A stretch of 35,065 nucleotides of DNA from Nemertoderma westbladi (GCA_032718475.1 JAUCBJ010001287.1:1-35065), one strand, 5' to 3'. Counted from the first letter of the stretch, positions 1 through 10,532 are shown. The notes: generated by a model not told the origin, from the sequence alone. Made by a program: numbers and translations.

Positions 1-2890
1 TTTCGACTAATATAAATCTGTGAAATGAGTTGATACAAATGTAAACGGATCTATAAATCTGTGAGTTGATTTGGTACAAATGTAACAGGATCTATATAAT
101 TCAGTGAGTTGATTTGGTACAAATGTAACCGGATCTATATATATCTGAGTTGATCTGGTACAAAATGTAACCGGATCTATGTAAATCTGTGAGTTGATTT
201 GGTACAAATGTAACCGGATCTATATATTCTGAGTTGATGTGGTAATGTAACAGGATCTATATGTATCTGAGTTGATCTGGTACAAATTCAACCGGATCTA
301 TATATATCTGAGTTGATCTTGTACAAATGTAACAGGATCTATAAATCTGTGAGTTGATTTGGTACAAATGTAACCGGATCTATATAAATCTGTGAGTTGA
401 TTTTGTACAAATGTAACGGGATCTATAAATCTGTGAGTTGAATTGGTACAAATGTAACCGGATCTATATAAATATGTGAGTTGATTTGGTACAAATGTAA
501 CCAGATCTATAGAAATATGTGGGGTTGATTTGGTACAAATGTAACCGGATCGATATAAATCTGTTAGTTGGTTTGGTACAAATGTAACCAGTTCTATACA
601 AATCTGTGAGTTGGTTTGGAGAAATGTAAGAGTATCTATATAAATCTGTGAGTTAATTTGGTAGAAATGTAACCGGATCTATAGAAATCTGTGGGTTGAT
701 TTGGTACAAATGTAACCAGATCTATAGAAATCTGTGGGTTGATTTGGTACAAATGTTACCGGATCTATATAGATCTGTGTGTTGATTTTGTACAAATATA
801 ACGGGATCTATAAATCTGTGAGTTGAATTGGTACAAATGTAACCGGATCTATATAAATATGTGAGTTGATTTGGTACAAATGTAACGGGATCTATAAATC
901 TGTGGGTTGATTTGGTAGAAATGTAACAGGATCTATATAAATCTGTGAGTTGATTTGGTACAAATGTAACCGGATCAATATAAATCTAAGTTGATTTGGT
1001 ACAAATGTAACCGGATCTATATAAATCTGTTAGTTGGTTTGGTACAAATGTAACCAGTTCTATACAAATCTGTGAGTTGATTTGGAGAAATGTAACCAGA
1101 TCTATAGAAATATGTGGGTTGATTTGGTACAAATGTACCCGGATCTATATAAATCTGTGGGTTGATTTTGTACAAATGTAACGGGATCTATAAATCTGTG
1201 AGTTGATTTGGTAGAAATGTAACAGGATCTATATAAATCTGTGAGTTGATTTGGTACAAATGTAACCGGATCAATATAAATCTAAGTTGATTTGGTACAA
1301 ATGTAACCAGATCTATAGAAATCTGTGGGTTGATTTGGTACAAATGTAACCGGATCAATATAAATCTAAGTTGATTTGGTACAAATGTAACCGGATCTAT
1401 ATAAATATGTTAGTTGGTTTGGTACAAATGTAACCGGATCTATATAAATCTAAGTTGATTTGGTACAAATGTAACCGGATCGATATAAATCTGTTAGTTG
1501 GTTTGGTACAAATGTAACCAGTTCTATACAAATCTGTGAGTTGATTTGGAGAAATGTACAGTAAGAGTATCTATATAAATCTGTGAGTTAATTTGGTAGA
1601 AATGTAACCGGATCTATAGAAATCTGTGGGTTGACTTGGTACAAATGTAACCAGATCTATAGAAATCTGTGGGTTGATTTGGTACAAATGTTACCGGATC
1701 TATATAAATCTAAGTTGATTTTGTACAAATGTAACCGGATCTATATAAATCTAAGTTGATTTGGTACAAATGTAACCGGATCTATATAAATCTGTGGGTT
1801 GATTTTGTACAAATGTAACGGGATCTATAAATCTGTGAGTTGATTTGGTACAAATGTAACCGGATCTATATAAATCTGTGAGTTGATTTGGTACAAATGT
1901 AACCAGATCTATAGAAATCTGTGGGTTGATTTGGTACAAATGTTACCGGATCTATATAAATCTGTGTGTTGATTTTGTACAAATGTAATGGGATCTATAA
2001 ATCTGTGAGTTGAATTGGTACAAATGTAACCGGATCTATATAAATATGTGAGTTGATTTGGTACAAATGTAACCAGATCTATAGAAATCTGTGGGTTGAT
2101 TTGGTACAAATGTACCCGGATCTATATAAATCTGTGGGTTGATTTTGTACAAATGTAACGGGATCTATAAATCTGTGAGTTGATTTGGTACAAATGTAAC
2201 CGGATCTATATAAATCTGTGAGTTGATTTGGTACAAATGTAACCAGATCTATAGAAATCTGTGGGTTGATTTGGTACAAATGTAACATGATCTATATATA
2301 TCTGAGTTCTGGTAGAAATGTAACCGGATCTATATTTATGTGAGTTGATCTGGACGTGGTACAAATGTAACCGGATCTATATAATTCTGTGAGTTAATTT
2401 GGTACAAATGTAACCGGATCTATAAATCTGTGGGTTGATTTGGTTCAAATGTAACCGGATTTATATAAATCTAAGTTGATTTGATACAAATGTAACCGGA
2501 TATAGAGAAATCTGAGTGGATTTGGTAGAAATGTAACCGGATCTATATAAATATGTGGGTTGATTTGGTTCAAATGTAACCGGATTTATATAAATCTAAG
2601 TTGATTTGATACAAATGTAACCGGATCTAGAGAAATCTGAGTGGATTTGGTAGAAATGTAACAGGATCTATATAAATCTGTTAGTTGATTTGGTTCAAAT
2701 GTAACCGGATCTATAGAAATCTGAGTGGATTTGGTAGAAATGTAACCGGATCTATATAAATCTGTGGGTTGATTTGGTTCAAATGTAACCGGATCTATAG
2801 AAATCTGAGTTGATGTGGTAGAAATGTAACAGGATCTATATAAATCTAAGTTGATTTGGTACAAATGGAACCGGATCTATATAAATAAAT
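1..2890. repeat. Tandem satellite, 41-43 bp unit (GGTACAAATGTAACCGGATCTATATAAATCTGTGAGTTGATTT), runs off the left edge
   Basis: Units start at 361 and 404 (43 bp); 41-bp variants lack TA or GT. The minus-strand ORFs here are translations of the repeat. Confidence 0.97.
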
Positions 2891-2943
2891 CTAAATGATC
2901 GTCTCCAATAACACGTGTTCTTTAAAGGCCTAACCATAAGATA

Positions 2944-3425
2944 CTACTTGGATCGGCATGCTGCATTGCAGCTCCATTTTTAAGAATGCTGTGCAGGCTT
3001 GTCGACAAAATTGCGCCGCCACAACTCCCTATCACATATGACATTTGCTAGATCATCCGCATCTTCAAGGCCAGTGTCCTTTAAGATGCGTCTCAAGAAA
3101 GTCATGGGCTGTCCACCATGCTTATTCACTTCATGAGGCTGCCAAAGCACAAGATTATGCACTGGCTGGTCCTCACGACGAAAGCAATGTCCTGCAAAGC
3201 GGAGGCGGCTTTGTTCTAGTGTCAAGCTTGGGGGAACCAATCTGACACCTCCAATGTTATATAGTGTCTGGTTGGATATGTGTTCATTGTACTTGACACA
3301 CTGAACCCGACGTAGCATTCTTGTGAATGTGCCATCCAGAGATTTGGTGTTCTCAGCAGTTAGAGCCCAGCAAGGACTCCCATAGAGGAGTACTGCAACT
3401 ACTGCTGCTCTAAATAATCGGACCT
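2944..3425 (-). mobile_element. 5'-truncated RTE-clade non-LTR retrotransposon (3' end only)
   Basis: Minus strand reads VRLFRAAVVAVLLYGSPCWALT...RMLRRV...RLRFAGHCFRR, a typical RTE C-terminal region. It ends in a short (TAG)n-like tail and is near-identical to 7259-7746. Candidate TSD ATAAGATA at 2936-2943 and 3433-3440. Confidence 0.88.
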
Positions 3426-3484
3426 AATAAGAATAAGATAACCCATAGCAGATATTGTAATGTGAATTAAATTTAATGTTGCAG

Positions 3485-3630
3485 GTGAAATCAATAATAA
3501 ACAACACGGAAGTGAGTGATAAAACTGTATGTGGTGTCGTAGTTACTGGAGAAATACTAGAGAACCTCACCGCTCATGAAATCAAGGAACTTAAGATAGT
3601 TTTCGACACATTCGACGTCGATAATAAGGG
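3485..3630 (+). CDS. Centrin/calmodulin-like EF-hand protein, first visible exon
   Basis: Acceptor TTGCAG ends at 3484; donor GTTAGT at 3631. Encodes ...ENLTAHEIKELKIVFDTFDVDNK(G). An upstream exon outside the window, or the in-frame ATG at 3476, would supply the start. Confidence 0.8.
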
Positions 3631-3833
3631 GTTAGTTAACGTATTTTTATTTGATGTTGATTTATGAAGCCTTTATGGAAATCCGTGGATGGTGACCAGT
3701 GGGTGTGCCAAAGGGCTTCAAAGGGTGTCAAAGGAACTACCATTGGTCTAAAATGATCACGTCTGATTCTCATTAATTAATATGACTGAAATATTTGTTT
3801 AGGATAATACGATAATTAATTATCTACCTTTAG

Positions 3834-4048
3834 ATTCCTGCCGCCAATCTTAGTTCGGAGAGCAATCCAATCGTTGGGGTTCCAGAACGTAAGTTCTTCG
3901 GAAGTCAACCGTTTGGCGCGCTCAGTTGATCCAACAGGAAATGATGAAATAAAGTTTACAGACTTCCTACAGTTCGTTATATCCAGACAAGGAGACAGCC
4001 AAGATTTATACGAGGAGTTACGGAAGGCATTTAAACTCTTCGATAAAG
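3834..4048 (+). CDS. Centrin/calmodulin-like EF-hand protein, middle exon
   Basis: Acceptor CCTTTAG ends at 3833 and is phase-compatible with the previous exon (GG|A = Gly). Encodes FLPPILVRRAIQSLGFQN...VDPTGNDEIKFTDFLQFV...EELRKAFKLFDK. Donor G|GTAATT at 4049. Confidence 0.9.
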
Positions 4049-4272
4049 GTAATTTATGGACATCCTGGTCAGCCCTCTTAGCTCTTATCTATCTTAGCTA
4101 TCATGGTATCATAAACTGGGAGTTTTGTTTCAGGGTCAACACTGAGGGTGGTGAACTATTTGAGGCTGATTTTAAGCAATGAATACGCGTCCGCTGTGTC
4201 ATCATCAGAAAATTACACAATATTGGGGTTATTGTAGAGTTGAGTTAGTAATTGATGCAACCCAGCTGTTTT

Positions 4273-4318
4273 TGGGAGAATGTGGCTTAACATGTTGGGA
4301 GAATGTGGCTTAACATGT
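4273..4318. repeat. Perfect 23-bp tandem duplication (TGGGAGAATGTGGCTTAACATGT x2)
   Basis: Read directly at 4273-4295 and 4296-4318. Confidence 0.85.
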
Positions 4319-4603
4319 GGACAACCTGCTGGATAAATTTCGAATTAGCCGCAACGAGTTGTATTAAAAAGATAATTTTTAAGCAATGCCGCCTGCGTTT
4401 TCGTAATATCGGCTCGGTCGCCACACATGTACGTGCAGCTAATTTAAATCGGGCTTCTTAAAGTTACAGATTAATTATCTGATAATATTTGTATTATTTA
4501 TCAAAATAAAAGTTATAGCCACGTAATAGTTACAGATTGTAAAGTAAATTAAATTAAATAAAGCGCGATAATTAATAATTACTAAATAATCACTAAATCA
4601 TAA

Positions 4604-6655
4604 TTAAGCGCTGATATCGAAGAAATGATCCATAATGTTCTCAACTTGTTGCGGTGTATATTTAATATATTTATCAGGATTCTTAGTGAACGCAACATTG
4701 ACATATTTCTCGTAAAATGTCTCGTAATCTCCGATAATGTTGCTTTTATTCCTAACTAGAATGGAATCCCGAATATTCGTGTCTGGAATGGCCCAATGTT
4801 TCTGCACCGCGAACAAATCCTCCAACTCGTCATTGAAACCTTTAAACTTATCTTTGATATTCTGTCTGTCTTTATCCTTCAGTTTCGCTCCGACTAAATT
4901 CAACGGATGTAGCGGTTTATAAAGGTCGTCAATAAACGTAGCGGCTTTCTCCCAACATCGACTGTAGAGTTGGCGCTGGCTCGACATTTTCTCTTCGTAT
5001 TCGTTCTCGATGTCCTTGGAATGCAAAACAACGAGTTTAATGAGGCCGAAGTTAGTGAGACTCTTGCGGACGTAGTTGTAGTTATTGAGAAGGAAGATGG
5101 AGGCCAATGCCTGGTCGTCGTAACCTTTAGCCTTTAGTTCTAAGTTTAGAGACAAACAACCGAGGAGGTTTATTATGTAGATAGCGAGGGTTAGTTTGGG
5201 GGGTCTGGAGCTGCTGCTGTTTGAGTTGATGGAGCCACCAGCGGTAGTCGCGTACTCCGCCACGCTCACTAGGAACATGAGCGTGTTGCTGGTGAGCTCA
5301 TGGACGGTCCCGTCCCGGGGCATGTTGCTCTGTTTCTCCGGGTCGTTCCTCACCGTGTCCACGTAGTCCGAGAGACCGAGGGCGACGCGCTCCTGTAGAG
5401 AGCGGGTCACCTCGTCCAGACGATGTCGGGTCGCAGGCGGGCTCGACTGAAGAAGCGCCTCCAACGATGGTTTAACGTCGACTAAATGTTTAACGACAGG
5501 GAGAACCGAAAGCAGTCGGGAGTAGCTCCCCGCGGCTACTCCCTTCTGTAACAGACTCCCGATGTTCTCCCCCTCCGCGACCAGCGAGTCAAGACTCTTC
5601 TGTATGAGTTTATCGAAGACGGCAGATCGCTCCTTGGACGGGATTGTCTCCCCGAGCAGTTCGGTTTCCGCGCGCACTAACACCAACCAAGCGTCGACCA
5701 CGCTCGTGTACCCGGTCCCTTCCGCGTCACCGTCGTCCCAAAACTCCAACCCCGCCGTGGAGTTCCGTTTCGCGTGGAGTTGGTTCAGCGTCTGGGAGCC
5801 CATCAGACTGGGTCGTCTCCCCGGGTTCCACGCCGATGTAACGCGTCGTTGTTTTTTCGTCGGCGTCTCTTTACTCAACTTGTAACTCCCTCTAGCGACG
5901 ACGGAAGGACTCGCGACGACTCCCCCAGTCGTGGAGGAGCTCGACACACTGCTCTTCCGGATGTGCTCCCGAAGGTCCTGCAGCGAGCGGAGTAGCACGC
6001 CCTCAGAGCGGGTCCGGGCGTACACGGTGAGGTAGTCCGAGCTTCCTCCCGGACCGAGCAACCACCCCGCGATCCGGCACAACTGCTCCCTAACAGCTCC
6101 CGGGAGCTGCTCCTCAACCGTCAGCGGTTCCGTCTCGACTCCCTCTTCAGACTCGGCAATCAACTCGACCAATCTCCGCGGCGACACAGCTCGACTGTGC
6201 CGATTCAGCTGTTCTCGGAACTGACTCCGCAACGCATCGCGTCCCATCTCGAACAGCTGCTCCAACGGTTGTAGCTCCGCGTTGGAGACCTCCGTGGAGA
6301 CTTCCTTAAAGAACTTGATGGCGTCGTGTATCTTTCCGAGAGCGTGGAAATATTCGTCGAGGTTTTCCCACGGACCCGCCCTTATTACGCCCTCAGTGTC
6401 TGTCTCTACCTGGTAGTGCGCTATGGCGTCGTTGAGACTGACTAATGTTTTATCAACTCTGTCTTTCAGCTGCTGCAAAATCCCCGTTTCTCGGTAGACC
6501 GGCAATATCGAGCTCTCCAACTGTTGTAGTCGCGTATCCAATGACGACAGCGATGTTACCATGGTATCGGTCAGCTGTTGACTGCGTGACAGTTTGGATT
6601 GTAGAAAATCCACGCGTTGTTTATCTTGTGCGAGTTTCTCTTGGAGACTCAACAT
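4604..6655 (-). CDS. EXOC7: Exocyst complex component 7 (Exo70), 683 aa, uninterrupted CDS
   Basis: Recognisable metazoan Exo70 motifs from end to end: SQQLTDTMVTSLSSLDTRLQQLESSILPVYRET, IRAGP, MPRDGTVHELTSNT, LASIFLLNNYNY, KLKDKDRQNIKDKFKGFN, QKHWAIPD, FTKNPDKYIKYTP, C-terminal FFDISA. Confidence 0.97.
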   Translation of the reverse strand: MLSLQEKLAQDKQRVDFLQSKLSRSQQLTDTMVTSLSSLDTRLQQLESSILPVYRETGILQQLKDRVDKTLVSLNDAIAHYQVETDTEGVIRAGPWENLDEYFHALGKIHDAIKFFKEVSTEVSNAELQPLEQLFEMGRDALRSQFREQLNRHSRAVSPRRLVELIAESEEGVETEPLTVEEQLPGAVREQLCRIAGWLLGPGGSSDYLTVYARTRSEGVLLRSLQDLREHIRKSSVSSSSTTGGVVASPSVVARGSYKLSKETPTKKQRRVTSAWNPGRRPSLMGSQTLNQLHAKRNSTAGLEFWDDGDAEGTGYTSVVDAWLVLVRAETELLGETIPSKERSAVFDKLIQKSLDSLVAEGENIGSLLQKGVAAGSYSRLLSVLPVVKHLVDVKPSLEALLQSSPPATRHRLDEVTRSLQERVALGLSDYVDTVRNDPEKQSNMPRDGTVHELTSNTLMFLVSVAEYATTAGGSINSNSSSSRPPKLTLAIYIINLLGCLSLNLELKAKGYDDQALASIFLLNNYNYVRKSLTNFGLIKLVVLHSKDIENEYEEKMSSQRQLYSRCWEKAATFIDDLYKPLHPLNLVGAKLKDKDRQNIKDKFKGFNDELEDLFAVQKHWAIPDTNIRDSILVRNKSNIIGDYETFYEKYVNVAFTKNPDKYIKYTPQQVENIMDHFFDISA

Positions 6656-6869
6656 TATTCTGTTGAATTCTTACAGGACTGCAGGACAGCAGGACAATGA
6701 CAGAATGACAGCCGACAGTTTAATAAGCCTACAATGCCCAATCTGACAGCAGGGTAATATCATTCCTCAGTGCTCAGTGAGTGAGGGCAGGAGGGGGGCT
6801 TACAAAATTCGGCGAATGAATATCTCGTCTCAATGTTAAATTTATCAATTAGGGGGAAGGAGCTAGTTA

Positions 6870-7010
6870 CAGTGATACGTTATTCTAACCAAAACAATAC
6901 ACTAAAATCAATTGAACTTATTTTTTGGAGTAAGTAGCAGATTAGCGTCGATTTTACCCTGGAGGTGGAGAGGGATTCAATTTTGAATGGATCGAAACTC
7001 GAAAGCCCTA
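6870..7010 (+). repeat. Unclassified interspersed repeat, copy 1
   Basis: CAGTGATACGTTATTCTAACCAAAACAATA...CCCTGG...AATTTTGA...GAAAGCCC is collinear with 17188-17340. Related TTTTGGTTAGA...TGTAACCTG motifs lie in reverse orientation near 14400 and 23090-23310. Confidence 0.6.
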
Positions 7011-7258
7011 GGCCTACCCTATCTGCTATCTCATTTCACTACAAATGGCGGTTTATTAATTAAATGGAAAGCTAAGCAATACCTGTACCAGTACAGCAGT
7101 ATAATATCACTGAATATGAATTATTGTCTGTGGTACCGACTACCGATATAGTCGTTGAATGGAATCATTTTTATACCGGTAATGTAGCCTATAAAATTAT
7201 TCATAAATCTCATGTACTTTCAGTTTGTTTTAACAGTGGGTGTTACAGTAAACCCATA

Positions 7259-9816
7259 CTACTACTACTAGGATCGGCATGCTGCATTGCAGCTGCATTT
7301 TTAAGAATGCTGTGCCGGCTTATCGACAAAATTGCACCGCCACAACTCCCTATCACACATGACATTTGCTAGATCATCCGCATCTTCAAGGCCAGTGTCC
7401 TTTAAGATGCGTCTCAAGAAAGTCATGGGCTGTCCACCAGGCTTATTCACTCCATGAGGCTGCCAAAGTACAAGATTATGCACTGGCTGGTCCTCACGGC
7501 GAAAGCAATGTCCTGCAAAGCGGAGGCGATTTTGTTCTAGTGTCAAGCTTGGGGGAACCAATGAGACACCTCCAATGTTATATAGTGTCTGGTTGGAGAT
7601 GTGTGCATTGTACTTGACACAATGAACCCGGCGTAGCATTCTTGTGAATGTGCCATCCAGAGATTTGGTGTCCTCAGCAGTTAGAGCCCAGCATGGACTC
7701 CCGTAGAGGAGTACTGGAACTACTGCTGCTCTAAATAATCGGACCTTAAGTGTCCGATTAATTCTCCCTTATTGGTGATTCAGCCTTAACCTTGGTGGTT
7801 GGTTGGCTTTTCCGCCCAGTAAGTAGATTGACCGATTTCCATGCCTGGGATGATTGCCTGCTGTCGTCAGCATCATTGATGGCATCAACCTGTTGGTTTA
7901 TTAACTCCTGTAGATTAACAGAGTACTGCCTGTTCAGGGACCTAGATGCAGCCTTAACTGCATTCTTGGCCGCTGTAGTCTGTTTGAGTCGGGACTCTTT
8001 CTGCGCCTTATGAAGGTCATTTCGGCACTTCTGAATTTTGTTGTCAGTCCAGGGGGCCCTTTTCCTGTTTCGAGGGTATACAGGAACTGTTTCTGCAGCT
8101 GCTAACTTAACTGCTTCTGTAAAGGCAGTATAGCCCTCACAGTGATCTGCCGCCTCAGAGGCAAGAGCCTCATACCTGTTGCTCAGCTGTAGTGTGAAGC
8201 TGGATCTCACACTTGGCTGTTGCAACAGAGAGGACCAGTCATGCCGCGGCAAGGCAGATTTCGTTGTTCTGCTAGCACGCAGACTAAGTTTTACCTTGGC
8301 CACAATAAGGCGGTGATCACTGGAGAAGGGTCGAAGTGTAAATGCATTAGTCTTGTATAGAGCTCCTGTATTTCCTACGAAACAGAATATGGTCTATCAG
8401 GGACTTGTGACCACTGGGTCCACTATGAGTCCATAGCTTTCCAGTTCGCTTCTTGAACTGGGTTCCAGCCGAAAACAATCCATTTCCAGAGATAAAATCC
8501 TGAAGATGAACATAATTTCGGTTAACAATATTGCTATAGACCCAGGGCGATGTAGGTGATTGATGCAGACTTGCATTAAAGTCTCCCAGGAATGTTAAGA
8601 ATGCACGCTGATCCACTCCATCAGTAGCTGCTTGTAGATTGTGGTAGAAATTTTCCACCTCCTCTACAGGGGCAACACTAGTTGGAGAGTAGCACACAAT
8701 CAGAACCACCTTAGGAAACTTCTTAGCCAGTCTTCCAGAACATGAGAAGTGGCAACGGATGATGCGGTTAGAGATTTGGTCTATTTTGTCCAATGCTGCA
8801 TGTGCAGTTGGATTCATCAATAGACCAATTCCACCATTGCCACTATCATCTGCTGACGCGAGGGCGAGTCGCCAACCGCCCCCCATGTCCTTAATCAGAA
8901 CCTCATCAGTCTGTCCAGTCTGCATTCGGTGCTCTTAAAACACCCACTGCGCTAAGAGAAAGCTTATCTGCCAAGGCAGTCAGCTCACCTTGTCGCATTG
9001 GGGACCCGAGTGTTAGGGTGTTTACTGAGGCTAGTCTAGTGACTTGCCTCAGATTCACCAATGGCTTTGTTGGTCGGGGTGGAACATGAGAGTAGCCTCC
9101 AACTCCAGAATCCCTCTCCCCATCACAATCTGGACTCCCTGGTGACCCAGGGTTTGGGCCAGAAAGGTCATCAGGAAAGGGACTCAAAGAATTGTTGACT
9201 GCTCTCTCTCCAGTAGGGGGTGAGACAGGCAGCCGGTCAGGAGTTAACTGACGCCTGTAAGGCCGATTGTGTCCAGTAAATCCACTGGCCTCTAGTGGCC
9301 AGACCTCCGCATTGCTAATGTAATCCATAGTGGGGGTTGGGGGGTGCTTTTTTGCCGAGTCAGCTCTCGGGGCAAATACCACACCCTGGTTTGCCATTTC
9401 ACATGGTGGGTGTCGCAATGGAGTCAGATATGAGGCCCATCACCCATATCTACTCTGGCGCACATGACCCACCATTGGCTGTTGCAGCTCATCTGCTGGG
9501 TCATGCCCTGTACCCTTGCTGCCAGGTGCAGGTCGCAGTGAAGAGCTCTCAGAGTGGACATGAGAACACTCTACTCCTGACCAGCCATTGGTAGATCACC
9601 ATCTGCCTGGTCAGGCCATATACCCCTGCAGCCAAGTATATGGGTCCTTAATCCAGGACCAAGGGCGTCCTTATCCCAGAACGAAGGGGGTCCTAGTTAC
9701 AGGACCAGATTTGCCCTAGTAAGAGGGTCTGTGCAGCTACAGGAGGCACCTCCTTTATGCTGCATGGAGGTGGCAAGTTTTCTTGATCAATGACATAGAA
9801 TACCTGACCTGACAAC
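7259..9816 (-). mobile_element. RTE-clade LINE with both ends present and a 34-bp TSD; APE endonuclease frameshifted, RT core deleted
   Basis: TSD TTGTTTTAACAGTGGGTGTTACAGTAAACCCATA at 7225-7258 and 9817-9850. (TAG)n tail at about 7259-7270. APE motifs GNGGIGLL, YSPT, LGDFNA, IDHILF and SDH lie across ORFs 8906-9418, 8347-8925 and 7758-8303. The linker KVKAESP joins directly to the post-RT region at about 7765. Confidence 0.93.
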
Positions 9817-9956
9817 TTGTTTTAACAGTGGGTGTTACAGTAAACCCATAATAATAACCATGATAATAGTTTATTTTCCGTGCAATAGCGTGTCAGCCAC
9901 CTATGTTCTTGTTCCGAGACCCCTAACATTAATTAATTAATTTGAATGTTTTATAG

Positions 9957-10138
9957 AAAGAAAAGGTAGTCTGTCATCTGACGACATATACCGACTGTCG
10001 GCCGAAGTTGGTCTCCACCTATCGGAACGGGATTGTAAATCAATGATTGAGGAAGCTGATAGCAACGGTAGTGGATACATCGAGGTGGAAGAATTCATTA
10101 GAATTATGTTACAGACATTTATATACGCGCAAATGTAA
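9957..10138 (+). CDS. Centrin/calmodulin-like EF-hand protein, terminal exon
   Basis: Branch-like CCCTAAC at 9921; acceptor TTTTATAG ends at 9956; phase matches (G|AA = Glu). Encodes ERKGSLSSDDIYRLSAEVGLHLSERDCKSMIEEADSNGSGYIEVEEFIRIMLQTFIYAQM*, closely paralleling the centrin C-terminus. Not present in the ORF track. Confidence 0.92.
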
Positions 10139-10532
10139 TGGGAATTGTATATCTCAATGGCATGGCACACACAGTATTAATAATTATTTACTTCAAGATT
10201 GTACCACTTCATATGATTACAGTGAACTGAAATCATAAAGTGCTAGATTACATCTGTAAATTTATTCGAGTCGAGCTCGAGAATGTACATATCTATTAAC
10301 TACACTTGTGTTAGTTAGATGAGGATTCGAGTTTGACCAAACATGGATCCTACTACTTCCCACCCGAAGCAAAAAATTGTCACCCGCAGTATACAGATCT
10401 ACTCCTATGGCGTCTCTTTAGGCTCAAAACCTCTAACGCTTGAGGGTGTGTATAACAGCAGTGGGGGTCGTGTACTAACGTATGAGGTTGTGTGTAACCA
10501 ATGGTGGGAGGTTGTACATTAACGTGGAAAAA

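Noticed and set aside
7-2864. Short minus-strand ORFs (MYQINPQISID...)
   Set aside because: Translations of the 41-43 bp satellite with constant frame switching.
3476-4182. ORFs 3476-3667 and 3874-4182 as standalone genes
   Set aside because: They are exons read through into introns; EF-hand similarity stops at the GT donors at 3631 and 4049.
4737-6666. Overlapping or antisense ORFs within Exo70
   Set aside because: Expected shadow frames of a GC-rich CDS; no recognisable domains.
9300-9816. Firm call of an HDV-like or hammerhead ribozyme
   Set aside because: No CUGAUGA/GAAA core was found and no nested double pseudoknot could be assembled by eye; kept only as a structured-RNA lead.
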